Below are positions 9,364-19,009 of a stretch of DNA of 41,935 nucleotides, in pieces. The notes under the pieces were generated by a model, which was given only the letters and a program-made list of their open reading frames with translations, searched no databases and was not told the origin of the DNA. Positions within the stretch are counted from its first letter, which is position 1, and each line of letters begins with the position of its first letter. The stretch is from Candidatus Omnitrophota bacterium (GTDB lineage: Bacteria; Omnitrophota; Omnitrophia; Omnitrophales; Aquincolibacteriaceae), in assembly GCA_043803685.1 (NCBI GenBank), contig JAZDJU010000075.1, positions 1 through 41,935 on the forward strand. Reading direction: 5' to 3'. The translations under genes and the position numbers were made by a program.

Positions 9364-9999
9364 ATGAAAAAAGCGCTGTTCTGGATCGTCCCCACCCTCT
9401 TGATCGGTCTATCCTATCCCGGACACCTTTGCGCTGAAAACGCATACGATTATATCGCAAAGGGAAATCAACTTGCGAACACAAAAAAATTCACGGAAGC
9501 CCTCGAACAGTATCAAAAAGCCCTGAAGATCGACCCGAAGAACCCTCGAGCAACCCTCTTGATCGGTCTTTGCTACGCCCAAACCGGAGATCTGGATACC
9601 GCGCTCACCTTTGTCGAGCGAGCCTCAACGAACAATCCTTCTTACACCTCTTTCTATAACCTGGGGCTCATTCGTTCGGTCCGGGGAGAATTCAACGAAG
9701 CGGTCAAAGCCTTTGATCGCGCTATCGAGCTAGAACCCAAAAGTTTTGAGGCTTCCTATCAAAAAGGCCTCGCTTACGGCCAGCTCAAGAAATACGATCA
9801 GGCGATCCTTTCCTATCAAAAGGCCCTGGAGCTAAACCCTTCTTTCGATAACGCAAGGATCGCCTTATTCGCGGCCTATTTAATTCAAGAAAACCTCCAG
9901 GCGGCACAGGCCCAGATCGATGAGTTCCGTCAAATGAAAAAGACGGGGATCGTCCAGGCGTTAGAGGCCCGGATGAAAAAGAAGGCCCCGATTTCCTAG
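9364..9999 (+). CDS. Secreted TPR protein
   Basis: AAGGA RBS before ATG 9364 (ORF track 9325); signal peptide; 4-5 TPRs such as YQKALKIDP, FYNLGL...FDRAIELEP, YQKALELNP. Confidence 0.88.
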   Translation: MKKALFWIVPTLLIGLSYPGHLCAENAYDYIAKGNQLANTKKFTEALEQYQKALKIDPKNPRATLLIGLCYAQTGDLDTALTFVERASTNNPSYTSFYNLGLIRSVRGEFNEAVKAFDRAIELEPKSFEASYQKGLAYGQLKKYDQAILSYQKALELNPSFDNARIALFAAYLIQENLQAAQAQIDEFRQMKKTGIVQALEARMKKKAPIS

Positions 10000-10075
10000 T
10001 ACCGTGTCAATTTTGAAATTAGGGTACACGGTACAGTACTGTGAACCCATAGAATTTAATCTGACACAGTACTAG
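9996..10075. repeat. CTAG-bounded palindromic element, copy 2 (shorter variant)
   Basis: CTAGTACCGTGTCA...TGACACAGTACTAG terminal inverted repeat with 1 mismatch in 14; internal GGGT-x-ACGGTAC and AACCC motifs shared with the other copies; between convergent genes. Confidence 0.7.
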
Positions 10076-10098
10076 AACCGTTTCCGTTTGAATCGATC

Positions 10099-10659
10099 CT
10101 AGGAAAGACGGGACATCGAAACCGTTGCGGCACATTTGATCACGCTGGATCCCTTGGCCGTCGCTTGAAGCGCGTATTTTTCGATGCGGAAGAGCAACTT
10201 CGAATTTTCGATGGCATAGAAGAAATTGATGATCTGGTCGATCTGCCCCTCGCATTCGAGAGTAATGCGGAAGACGTTACGATCCTTGCTCTCACCTCCC
10301 GCGGGCTTTGAATAGAGCAGATTCACGGAAGCCTGGCTGGCGATCTGCTGGACGCTCTTCAGCAGCATCAGCACCCCATCATCCGCGGACTTCGAAGGCA
10401 CCGAATAGGCTGCATAATGCTCAGCTTCTTTCATCATCCTTGCTTTTTGATCGAGAAGACGGATGCTTTTCTTGATGTTCGTCTCTGTATCATGGATCTT
10501 CTGGTCCAGGGATTGGAAGTTCCTGTAGATAGGACTAAAGACAAGCTGGTCGCCGGCCACCAATACCACGGCCGCAACCGAAAAATAGAGGATGATCTTC
10601 TCCCGTTGCGACAGGCGTTGAAACAAGCCGATCAGCTTCGCCATATCTATAAATTGCAT
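10099..10659 (-). CDS. GspM/PilO-like inner-membrane platform protein
   Basis: LSQREKIIL plus TM, coiled coil and a ferredoxin-like C-terminus (ITLECEGQIDQIINFFYAIEN); follows the PilMN-like gene. Confidence 0.75.
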   Translation of the reverse strand: MQFIDMAKLIGLFQRLSQREKIILYFSVAAVVLVAGDQLVFSPIYRNFQSLDQKIHDTETNIKKSIRLLDQKARMMKEAEHYAAYSVPSKSADDGVLMLLKSVQQIASQASVNLLYSKPAGGESKDRNVFRITLECEGQIDQIINFFYAIENSKLLFRIEKYALQATAKGSSVIKCAATVSMSRLS

Positions 10660-10680
10660 ATCCGTATTCCTCTTCCTGTG

Positions 10681-12192
10681 TTATTTGGGGACAGCGATGA
10701 TCTCAAAATCGGAGAGCTCCGTACCATCCTCCGTCCGACCCGTAATGTATTTTGTTTCTACTTTTTTGAAAAGCGGCGAATTCCCCATCTCATCGACCAA
10801 CGAGAAAATAGAAGGTTTCTCGTAGGCGGACCCCTTGAGATCGATTTTTTTTCCCGCTTCAAACCTGAGATCGGACAGATAAAGACTGTTCTCGATCAAC
10901 GAAGATATCTCCGCGAGAGATTCAAGCGCCATGCCCCGGGTTGCTAGATACGCCTTCACGGCCCGGACTTTGGTGTAGGTGCCTTCGAGCGCATCCGCTT
11001 CCTTTTTGATGGGCTCGTAACGCGCGGTGAGCTGTTGGAGGCGGACCGTTTTAGAGTAAATATGACTTGCGACCGAAAAACACACCAACCCGAGAAGCAC
11101 CATCGCCAGGATCCCGGAGCTTATGACCTGTTTCGACCGTTCGATCATGACACGGCTGAATTTACTTTCATCGGAGCTCAGATCCACCTTCAGATCATCC
11201 ACCAGAAGCCCCGGAGCCGCCGAGGACAATAAAGCCACGTTCATTTCGCGGGAATGTTCCTTTAACGCCGGAGCCACGGGCAGGACATCCCAGTCCGAAA
11301 CTTGCTTCACCGACACGTTAAAAGTCTCGCGAATGGAGACCTCGAGATCATCGAGTCCCACCGTCGCCCCTCCAAAAATAATACTGGCCGGCATTAGATC
11401 GATATTTTCACTCTGATAGGTATCGAAGGATTTCTTAAGCTCTTCGATATAGCGAACCGAATACCCTTCCCGGGCCGCTTCGAAATGCTTCGCACCGATG
11501 GAAATGCTCCGCACAAAGAGGACCGCGCCGCGAAATACGATCAGGAATTCCGAAGTGTTGGAATCGACCTGAATGATACAAACTGGAAATCGTTCATTCA
11601 TCAGGCTTGTATCTTTCCAGAAATACCGCCCAATGGCCTCCGGAGCAAAAACGATCTTTTCAAGACGAAGATTCATCTGGGAGGCAAGATCATAGTACTT
11701 CATCACGATGTTCCGGGGCACAATGATAAAGAGGACCTTCGTATAGACACTTTTAAAAACACCCAGATCGAGATAATCGAGGATGATCTCCCCCCGGGAA
11801 TAAGGCGTGTGCCGCGATGCCTGCAAACTAAGGATTTCACTGATCTCGTCGGGATCACGGGAGGGAATCTCGATGTTTCGAGTCACGACCACATTGGAAG
11901 AGATAAGACCGATCACCTGGGGACGCTTGAAATGCAGACCCTCAATGATCGTGCGGAAACGGTTCCCCAGTTCTACTTCCGGCATCCCCTGGATATTGAT
12001 GCTATGGAACTGCTCGACGCGCCTGCCTCCAAGGGCCTGCGAGGTGAAGGCCGTTACTTTCACTTCCTGCTCTTGCAGATTAAAGCAGATACACTCCTCG
12101 GCACCTGCGCTTGCATGGGACTTTTTTCGCCCCGAAGCCCCGCCCTTTTTAAAAAGTGATCCTATCGGTCCAAGACTCAATTTCACATTCAC
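10681..12192 (-). CDS. PilM-PilN fusion (GspL-like architecture)
   Basis: Actin-like PilM domain (VVTRNIEIP, IILDY, LFVRSISIG, IFGGA), TM ILAMVLLGLVCFSVA, coiled coil and PilN-like end (LYLSDLRF...LKGSA...FKKVET). Confidence 0.8.
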   Translation of the reverse strand: MNVKLSLGPIGSLFKKGGASGRKKSHASAGAEECICFNLQEQEVKVTAFTSQALGGRRVEQFHSINIQGMPEVELGNRFRTIIEGLHFKRPQVIGLISSNVVVTRNIEIPSRDPDEISEILSLQASRHTPYSRGEIILDYLDLGVFKSVYTKVLFIIVPRNIVMKYYDLASQMNLRLEKIVFAPEAIGRYFWKDTSLMNERFPVCIIQVDSNTSEFLIVFRGAVLFVRSISIGAKHFEAAREGYSVRYIEELKKSFDTYQSENIDLMPASIIFGGATVGLDDLEVSIRETFNVSVKQVSDWDVLPVAPALKEHSREMNVALLSSAAPGLLVDDLKVDLSSDESKFSRVMIERSKQVISSGILAMVLLGLVCFSVASHIYSKTVRLQQLTARYEPIKKEADALEGTYTKVRAVKAYLATRGMALESLAEISSLIENSLYLSDLRFEAGKKIDLKGSAYEKPSIFSLVDEMGNSPLFKKVETKYITGRTEDGTELSDFEIIAVPK

Positions 12193-12195
12193 TCC

Positions 12196-13290
12196 TCATG
12201 CTTCGCTTCGCGCACTTTTTTGACCCGCCTCCTGTAACTCTAGCGGGGTCATCCGCCGCGGAACTCCCATCGCCCAGGAATAGATCTTTCCTTCAATATC
12301 GGCAATAGCCTCTATTTCGAGCGTCTGCCGCTTTCTGGGCGCCGTCCCACGACTTAAGATCCGGAAATACCGGGAATTGATCCCGATCTGCTTCGTTTTA
12401 GCGATCTGGTTCAAAACACCGATATCATTATCGGTCAATTTCACGCGCTTCCCAAGCTCCGCGTTCCAATCTCCGATCTGCTTAAAAACACCATCATCCG
12501 AGGTGTTCTGTTCATGATCGATCCCCACACGGAAAACCATGATCTTATCGGCAAGAGCATCGTCCATCCCAAGCCATACCAGGACTTCCCGGGGCGCCGT
12601 ATTGATATTCACCACCCCTTCCCCATAGACCGTGATGAAGGGTCTCACCTTCTCAAAAAGCTCCGGCGTTATTCCCCGGACGAGAAGAAGTTCCTCGATC
12701 GATTCAAATTTGTAGTCTTTGCATTCGTAAGGCGTCTCAAAATCTTCATAAAAATCATCTTCGGCCCCGTATTCAGGATGGGCCAGGGAATTATCGGTAT
12801 CCCTCCAATCGGCCACACTATAGCCTATTTGATCGGCAAGTTCAGGCTCGACCCCGCCTATTTTTTGAAAAAACTCACTAAGAGACTTGGCGTCGGCGAC
12901 ATTGAGGTTGACCTTCCCTTCCTCGTCATCCACGCCGTAGTGGACTTTAAGTTCCCCGTCCTGGGTCTCCCGGTAAAAATGCGAGACGGTGTAGGTCGTC
13001 TCCCCCCCTACCGCGACATTCGAAAAATCCGTTTTCCCGCTTGTATAGGTATCGTTCTGAGAATGATAACCTTCATCTGCTTCTTTTTTTTGCCGCAGCC
13101 TGTAAAGCGTCTGAGAGATCCCCGTTTCCGAAACACCGCAAAGCCAATTCCTCACCTCAATGCGGTCGGCCAAAGAGATCTTCTGCCGGACATGCTGCCC
13201 TATCGAGACAGAAAGGATGGCAAGGATCGATATCATCCAAAGCGCCACGATGAGCAAACTACCGCGTGATGTTTGCGATGGGTATCGCAA
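12196..13290 (-). CDS. gspK: Type II secretion minor pseudopilin GspK
   Basis: RG/SLLIVALW prepilin-like N-terminus, DEEGKVNLN, ADWRD, FESIEELLLVRGI, VNINTAPREVL. Probable TTG start at 13290 after AAGGA (ORF track extends to 13431). Confidence 0.88.
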   Translation of the reverse strand: MRYPSQTSRGSLLIVALWMISILAILSVSIGQHVRQKISLADRIEVRNWLCGVSETGISQTLYRLRQKKEADEGYHSQNDTYTSGKTDFSNVAVGGETTYTVSHFYRETQDGELKVHYGVDDEEGKVNLNVADAKSLSEFFQKIGGVEPELADQIGYSVADWRDTDNSLAHPEYGAEDDFYEDFETPYECKDYKFESIEELLLVRGITPELFEKVRPFITVYGEGVVNINTAPREVLVWLGMDDALADKIMVFRVGIDHEQNTSDDGVFKQIGDWNAELGKRVKLTDNDIGVLNQIAKTKQIGINSRYFRILSRGTAPRKRQTLEIEAIADIEGKIYSWAMGVPRRMTPLELQEAGQKSARSEA

Positions 13291-13858
13291 GGGTCCTTTC
13301 GAATACATGCCGTCCGTCTTCTCCGGAACATTCAAATTCGACTTTGACCGCAGAAGGGATTTGCCCCGCATTCTCTGAAGCGTTCCACGTCTCCACCCAT
13401 TCGAATGTCTGCTTGTTTTTGATATAAACAAAATACTGGAATTTTACACGGGCGACATTTCCGAGCATCGGAACGGCTCGAATCTCTTCCTTTTGCTGGA
13501 TCTGGCTCAAATTTTCCTGCCTGCGCGCAAAGGTCCGGTGCCACTCATCCCAAAAGTAGCTGACCCTGCCGATGCCCTTGTTCAACAGCGCTCTCTTGTC
13601 CAGACCCACACGGGACGGAAAACTCAGCGATGCCTCTTGTCCGTCAAAGGGGATCCCATGAAAAAGCACCTGACTGGAAACTTCACGGTCAAGTTTCTCA
13701 AGGAAAACGCTGACATCCTCAGCCACCTCAGAGTGACTGACCCGCCGCATCATCCCGATGCCACTTCCGAACATGGCGTACAAGGCCATGCCGATCAGGG
13801 CCATAAGCGAAATGACCACCAACAATTCCACCAGCGTAAAACCGGCCTTCCGTTTCAT
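13259..13858 (-). CDS. gspJ: Minor pseudopilin, GspJ-like
   Basis: Class III signal MKRKAG/FTLVELL; C-terminal W...IPSAVKVEF typical of GspJ; directly before gspK. Confidence 0.75.
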   Translation of the reverse strand: MKRKAGFTLVELLVVISLMALIGMALYAMFGSGIGMMRRVSHSEVAEDVSVFLEKLDREVSSQVLFHGIPFDGQEASLSFPSRVGLDKRALLNKGIGRVSYFWDEWHRTFARRQENLSQIQQKEEIRAVPMLGNVARVKFQYFVYIKNKQTFEWVETWNASENAGQIPSAVKVEFECSGEDGRHVFERTLAIPIANITR

Positions 13859-13859
13859 G

Positions 13860-14270
13860 TCACGGCCCTTTGACTTTCATGACGGCACCATACCGGTCCA
13901 AGCGGTTGTCCTGCCCGGCCTCTTTCCACAGGATCTCCAGATGGATCCCATAGAGCTCGGTTAGCTTTTCCTGTTGCTGCTCCAGTGTCACTTTCCACTG
14001 ATAGGGCCGCGTCTTTCCTTCGATGGTCCCTTCGGGCGGGTTCACGTCCGGGAAATCTTCGATCAGAATGGCTTCCTTCACTTCCCAAAGTTTCTGAGCG
14101 GCCCAGTTCTGGACATCCAACCTGTTGGCATAACGCCCGTACACGGCACCGCTAAGGAGATTCGCTTGAGTGATAAAAACCGTCGCCAATCCCAACAGGG
14201 AGACGGTGATCAACACTTCAATGAGGGAAAAACCCCGCGAACTTTTTTTAGTCCCAGTTAACAATGTCAT
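13860..14270 (-). CDS. gspI: Minor pseudopilin, GspI-like
   Basis: MTLLTGTKKSSRG/FSLIEVL; EG...YQW...IHLEILW pattern. True start probably 14270, overlapping the gspG stop (ORF track 14591). Confidence 0.7.
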   Translation of the reverse strand: MTLLTGTKKSSRGFSLIEVLITVSLLGLATVFITQANLLSGAVYGRYANRLDVQNWAAQKLWEVKEAILIEDFPDVNPPEGTIEGKTRPYQWKVTLEQQQEKLTELYGIHLEILWKEAGQDNRLDRYGAVMKVKGP

Positions 14271-14682
14271 CGGGCGTCCCGGGCTGACCGTCCTTGCCTG
14301 CTGAAGACAGATCATAGTCTTGTGTCCGATGTCCTCCTGGACTTTCGTACTTATAATCCCTTCCCCAAGGGTCCACAGGCTTTTTCTCCAGATAGGGTCC
14401 ATTCCAATTCCGTGCCTCGCCCGACTTCGCCAGAAGAACATTAAGTCCCTCGCTCGTTGACGGGAACGATCCGTTATCCAGTTCATACAGTTTAAGAGCT
14501 GTCGCGATATTGGACCGGATATCCGCCTGAGCCGCCTGGACTCGCGCCTGTTCCGTTCTCCCCGAAAGCCGCGGCAACACCATGGCGACAAGCGCTCCGA
14601 TGATGATCACGACGAGCATCAATTCGATAAGCGTAAATCCCTCTTTAGACTTCAAGCTCCCCTGCTGATATAGGCTTTCCAT
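14248..14682 (-). CDS. gspG: Type II secretion major pseudopilin GspG
   Basis: EG/FTLIELMLVVIIIG, ALKLYELDNGSFP, WNGPYL, DPWG, SAGKDGQPGTPDDI; GGAGGAG RBS. Confidence 0.95.
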   Translation of the reverse strand: MESLYQQGSLKSKEGFTLIELMLVVIIIGALVAMVLPRLSGRTEQARVQAAQADIRSNIATALKLYELDNGSFPSTSEGLNVLLAKSGEARNWNGPYLEKKPVDPWGRDYKYESPGGHRTQDYDLSSAGKDGQPGTPDDIVNWD

Positions 14683-15449
14683 TTCTCCTCCAGTTCTTTA
14701 ATGGTACGCATTTGAGTGGGATAAGCAAAAGGCAATGCCGCCTCAATGCTTTTTCCATCCCTTAGTTGACGACAGAAAAAAATGAAATTATCCGAGCCGT
14801 ACGCTGTGACCAGAAAATCGACAAGAGACGCCGCTTGGATATAGAAGATATCGACCGCCGGTCTGGCGCTGACATTCCGGATATCGATGGTGGTCAAATT
14901 ATCCAGGGAAAATCCTCTTGCGTTCTCCAGATAAAATTTCATGGTCGAGCGCACGATCTTCCGCTTGGCCGGTTCCTGCCATTGGGCAACTCCCTCGTCA
15001 AGCCAGGTAGGCACTTCTCCCTGAAATCCCACATAATCACGAAAAATCAAGTGCGTGATCTCATGCGGGAGAAGCGCTTCCAAGAAACCCTCCTTCCATT
15101 CGTAGCTGACAATAGTCTTTTTTGTGTAGTCGGCATAACCCTCCGACCACCCAGCTCTTCCGGAGTGTTTCCGGAATTCCTCTTTGTTCTTGTAGATGTA
15201 AATGCGGACTCTTTTATCCCATTGCCAGAAACCCGAGCGCCGTTCGTATCCGAGGTCCTCGCCGATCTTCGTATAATACTGCTCTGCCTTCCGCAGCACC
15301 TCACCGGCAAAGGAGTCATCCCCGCCATGATAAACAATAAAATGATCGCCTCGGACCTCTTTCCAAGGCTCTCCATCCGGGGCAATAGCTGCCGTCAAGA
15401 TCCACGCGCAAAGCACGATCCAGATCCTGAAAATATTTCCTGGGTTCAT
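14652..15449 (-). CDS. Secreted zinc metallopeptidase, clan MA (gluzincin-like)
   Basis: Signal peptide; LLPHEITH (HExxH) followed by PTWLDEGVA; FYxQAxSLVDFL. Confidence 0.8.
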   Translation of the reverse strand: MNPGNIFRIWIVLCAWILTAAIAPDGEPWKEVRGDHFIVYHGGDDSFAGEVLRKAEQYYTKIGEDLGYERRSGFWQWDKRVRIYIYKNKEEFRKHSGRAGWSEGYADYTKKTIVSYEWKEGFLEALLPHEITHLIFRDYVGFQGEVPTWLDEGVAQWQEPAKRKIVRSTMKFYLENARGFSLDNLTTIDIRNVSARPAVDIFYIQAASLVDFLVTAYGSDNFIFFCRQLRDGKSIEAALPFAYPTQMRTIKELEEKWKAYISRGA

Positions 15450-15457
15450 CGGGCCTT

Positions 15458-16720
15458 TTATTTCACCATCATGTTGATCTCGAACATGGGCAGCAACATG
15501 GCGATCACGATAAATCCAACCACCAACCCCATCCCCAAGATCATGAGAGGTTCCAAAAGCGATGTCACAATGCGGGTCGCTTCATCGGCCTCCCGTTCGT
15601 AAAAATTCGCGATCTCACCCAGAGCTTCATCGAGCTTCCCCGACTCTTCACCCACACTGATGAGATTGGTCATGAAATTCGGAAAACACTTCGACGCCCT
15701 CAAACTTTTCCCGAAGGACCCGCCCTCTTTGATGTCTTTGAGACACTTGATGAGCTCGTTCTTGAGGACCGGATTGCTCACCACCGGGGTGGCGCTTTGG
15801 ATCCCGTCAATGATCGCGATCCCGCTCTTGATCAAAAGCTCCAGCGTGCGTGTGAACCTCGCGATCTGGACCTTGAGCATGAACGAACCGAAGATGGGAA
15901 GCCCGAGTACGAATCGTCCCATCGCGATGCTTCTGCGGATCTTTTCTTTCCGGAACAGCAGGATCGCCGACACAACCCCTAGCACCGCGATCCCCCAGAC
16001 CCAGGGAGAGCGCGCCCCTTCGCTTACCTGGATCAATATTCTCGTGGGAAGCGGGAGCTCTCCGCCCAATCGCGAAAAGACACCTAAAAGACGGGGCATC
16101 ACGAAAGTGAGCATAAAAATAATGGTTCCGGTGCCTGTGAGAGCCATGAGCGCGGGATAGATCATGGAAGAACGCACGCGGGAAATGATCTCTTCCTGTT
16201 TCTGACGGTATTCTGTCACACGTAAAAGGGATTGGTCCAGATTCCCGCTGAATTCGCCGGCCGAAACCAGGGCCAGATACAAGGGCGGAAAAAAAGCGGG
16301 ATATTTACTCATGGCTTGTGAGAACGGCGCTCCATTCTTGACGTCCTCGTAGAGCTGGTTCAGCATCTTCTTGAAAGCGGGATTCTCGGACTGTTCGTTC
16401 ACGATCCCGATCGCTTTGAGGATCGGTACTCCGGAACGGATAAGACTCGCCAATTGTCTCCCAAAAGCCGTGATCTCTTTACCTTTGACGCCTCCCCCAA
16501 GAACGATATGGAATCCGGATTTGCCTTTTCCCGAAGAGAAACCTCCGTGGATGAAGGGAGCACTTTCTTTTTTGTTCGCGGCGCTCGTTTGTTCGATCCG
16601 CATCGGAATGTAACCGAGCCGGGTCACCTTTTCAATGGCTTCGCCGTCGGTCGAGGCCTCGATAAGCCCTTCGATCGTTTGACCATCTTTTTCCTTAGCA
16701 CGATATTTAAAAGTCGCCAT
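15458..16720 (-). CDS. gspF: GspF/PilC inner-membrane platform protein
   Basis: FKYRA start, RQLASLIRSGVPI, AGEFSGNLD, IYP, VGEESGKLD, LLEPLMI...AMLLPMF. Confidence 0.95.
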   Translation of the reverse strand: MATFKYRAKEKDGQTIEGLIEASTDGEAIEKVTRLGYIPMRIEQTSAANKKESAPFIHGGFSSGKGKSGFHIVLGGGVKGKEITAFGRQLASLIRSGVPILKAIGIVNEQSENPAFKKMLNQLYEDVKNGAPFSQAMSKYPAFFPPLYLALVSAGEFSGNLDQSLLRVTEYRQKQEEIISRVRSSMIYPALMALTGTGTIIFMLTFVMPRLLGVFSRLGGELPLPTRILIQVSEGARSPWVWGIAVLGVVSAILLFRKEKIRRSIAMGRFVLGLPIFGSFMLKVQIARFTRTLELLIKSGIAIIDGIQSATPVVSNPVLKNELIKCLKDIKEGGSFGKSLRASKCFPNFMTNLISVGEESGKLDEALGEIANFYEREADEATRIVTSLLEPLMILGMGLVVGFIVIAMLLPMFEINMMVK

Positions 16721-16789
16721 TTTTATTTCTCACTCTAGATTGAAACGTGTTCAATGCGCTTCACTCGAGGCCTCGGACAGGCCCCCTGT

Positions 16790-18973
16790 TCAAGAGATCT
16801 CTTCACGTATAAATTGGGCCAACCTCGCCCGGTCCGCTCCGGAAAGGTCCAGAAAACAAAGAGAGACATCATAAGACCCTTTTTCGGCGGATTCCATTAC
16901 GCGCACGGCCTTCGCATAACACCGGATGGTGCTTTGGTCCAAGGGAAGTTCGATCTCAAGCTCAATGACCGAGCCGATCTTCAGCTGTTCGGAAGAGGAA
17001 AAGACAAGCCCTCCGGCACTGAGATTTTTGGTGACGCCATACTGCTCCACATGAAAATTCCTTTTCTGAACTTCCGCGGCGGCCAAGACACGATGGCGAA
17101 TACTGACTTTCACATCGAGCCTCATAAAAGCCCGTTTCTCCTCAAAGCGCCGGTCCCTCTTCTCCAATCCAGAAGCCACAGAGGGTGCCACCACAGGAAT
17201 CTCGACTTCAGGTCTGGACGGTTGAGGAGCGACCTTTTCTCCGATCTCCGCGATCTCGTCAGGAGCCACTTCAATGATCTCTTCCGGGGTCGTGTACCCC
17301 GCAATAACTTTCTGCCAACCGCTTTGCCTGAGCGTACGCATGCCCTTGGAGATCGCGTACCGGGATATGTCACTGGAAGGCAACCTCTTCATGATCAAAT
17401 CGCGTATGTGTTCGTCCACCAGAAGGATCTCAAAAATGGCGATCCGACCCCAAAATCCAGTAAAATTGCATTTCTCGCAACCCTTTCCCCTGTATAGCTT
17501 TGCCGCATCCAACGAGGGCAGGCCGAGCTCTTTGACGATCTTCACTCTGATCTCGTCATGTTGGCCCTTGTCTTCCTCCTTGCAATGCTCGCAGATCGTA
17601 CGCACCAAACGCTGTGCTACAAAAGCTTCCACGCTCGAAGCCACCAGATAGGGCTCCACGCCAATGTCCACCAACCGGGTGACGCCACTAGCGGCATCAT
17701 TCGTGTGCAAGGTCGAAAAGACCAGATGTCCGGTCAGCGCGACACGCGCGGCGGTCTCGGCCGTTTCCAGGTCCCGGATCTCTCCCACCATGATCACATC
17801 AGGGTCATGCCTTAAAATACTTCTCAATCCCTTCGCGAAATCAAGACCGATCGACGACATCACCTGGATCTGCGTAACCCCTTCCATTTCATATTCGACA
17901 GGATCTTCGATCGTGATGATCTTACGCTCATCGGTGTTGATCATGCTAAGACAGGCGTAGAGCGTCGTCGACTTCCCGCTCCCGGTCGGACCGGTGATCA
18001 GAATGATCCCATACGGCTTTTCGATCAGCTTGGTGAAAAGCTCGATCTCCTCCTTGCTCAGTCCCAACTTTTCAAGACTGAAGAGCCGGGTCATCGGAAG
18101 GAGGCGGATCACGATACTTTCACCCGATGGCGTCGGGATCGAAGAAACGCGGAGATCGATGGTATTGCCCGCGATTTTCACGATCGCCCGTCCGTCCTGA
18201 GGAAGTCGCTTTTCAATGATGTTCAGATTGGCCATGATCTTGATACGGGACGCAATGGCGAGAATAAATTGTTTGATCTCGGGCGGCATATTGGTGTTAT
18301 AAAGAACACCATCAATGCGATAGCGAACTTTGACTTTGCCTCGATAGGGCTCGATATGGATGTCCGTGGCTCTTTTCTGGTTCGCGTCCATCAGGATCTG
18401 GTTGACCAATTTGATGACGGAAGCATCTTCGACCAGTTTTTCGATCTCTTCGACTTTTTCGGTCGCCTCCGCGGCGACTGCGGCCTGACCGTCTGAGGCA
18501 GGTGCCGCTTGAAGGATCTTCTCGATCGTCCCAGCTCCGAGGCCATACCACTTCTTGATCCCGTCGAGAATGTCCTTTTCCCGGACCAGAACCATGATGA
18601 TCTCGCAACCCACGACCGTTTGGACGGCGTCCTGGGTCCGGGTATCAAAAGGCATGGACACAGCCACAGTCATTTTCCGGTTTTCGATCTTGATAGGCAG
18701 GAAACGGTAATATTCCGCGATCTTTAGGGGGACTTTATCGATCGCGCTCTTTTCCGTCCCGAGTTGGGAGGCCTCGAGCTTCTCAAGCTTCAGCTTCGCG
18801 GCCAGGATCTTTAGAATAGCGTCTTCGGAGATAAGTCCCTGTTGGATCAAGTGCGCCGCGAGGCCGCCATGGTCCTGCCCTTCTTTTTTCAGGAGCGGGT
18901 CCATAACATTCCGCGTCATGACGCCCGATTCGACAAGCGCCTCTGCCAAGATGGTATCTATGTTCGAGATCAT
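16790..18973 (-). CDS. gspE: GspE/PilB assembly ATPase with a C-terminal PilZ domain
   Basis: ATDIHIEP, RLPQDGR, GPTGSGKST, TIEDPVEY, LRHDPDVIMVGEIRD, STLHTND, CxxC...CxxC. The extra ~120 aa has RAFMR and NLSAGG PilZ motifs. Confidence 0.95.
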   Translation of the reverse strand: MISNIDTILAEALVESGVMTRNVMDPLLKKEGQDHGGLAAHLIQQGLISEDAILKILAAKLKLEKLEASQLGTEKSAIDKVPLKIAEYYRFLPIKIENRKMTVAVSMPFDTRTQDAVQTVVGCEIIMVLVREKDILDGIKKWYGLGAGTIEKILQAAPASDGQAAVAAEATEKVEEIEKLVEDASVIKLVNQILMDANQKRATDIHIEPYRGKVKVRYRIDGVLYNTNMPPEIKQFILAIASRIKIMANLNIIEKRLPQDGRAIVKIAGNTIDLRVSSIPTPSGESIVIRLLPMTRLFSLEKLGLSKEEIELFTKLIEKPYGIILITGPTGSGKSTTLYACLSMINTDERKIITIEDPVEYEMEGVTQIQVMSSIGLDFAKGLRSILRHDPDVIMVGEIRDLETAETAARVALTGHLVFSTLHTNDAASGVTRLVDIGVEPYLVASSVEAFVAQRLVRTICEHCKEEDKGQHDEIRVKIVKELGLPSLDAAKLYRGKGCEKCNFTGFWGRIAIFEILLVDEHIRDLIMKRLPSSDISRYAISKGMRTLRQSGWQKVIAGYTTPEEIIEVAPDEIAEIGEKVAPQPSRPEVEIPVVAPSVASGLEKRDRRFEEKRAFMRLDVKVSIRHRVLAAAEVQKRNFHVEQYGVTKNLSAGGLVFSSSEQLKIGSVIELEIELPLDQSTIRCYAKAVRVMESAEKGSYDVSLCFLDLSGADRARLAQFIREEIS

Positions 18974-19009
18974 TCTTTATTCCCCTAATACGTATATTCA
19001 GACGGATAG

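Noticed and set aside
13291..14591. Long N-terminal extensions of GspK (to 13431) and GspI (to 14591) in the ORF track
   Set aside because: They overlap gspJ and gspG in other frames; prepilin cleavage motifs point to starts near 13290 and 14270.
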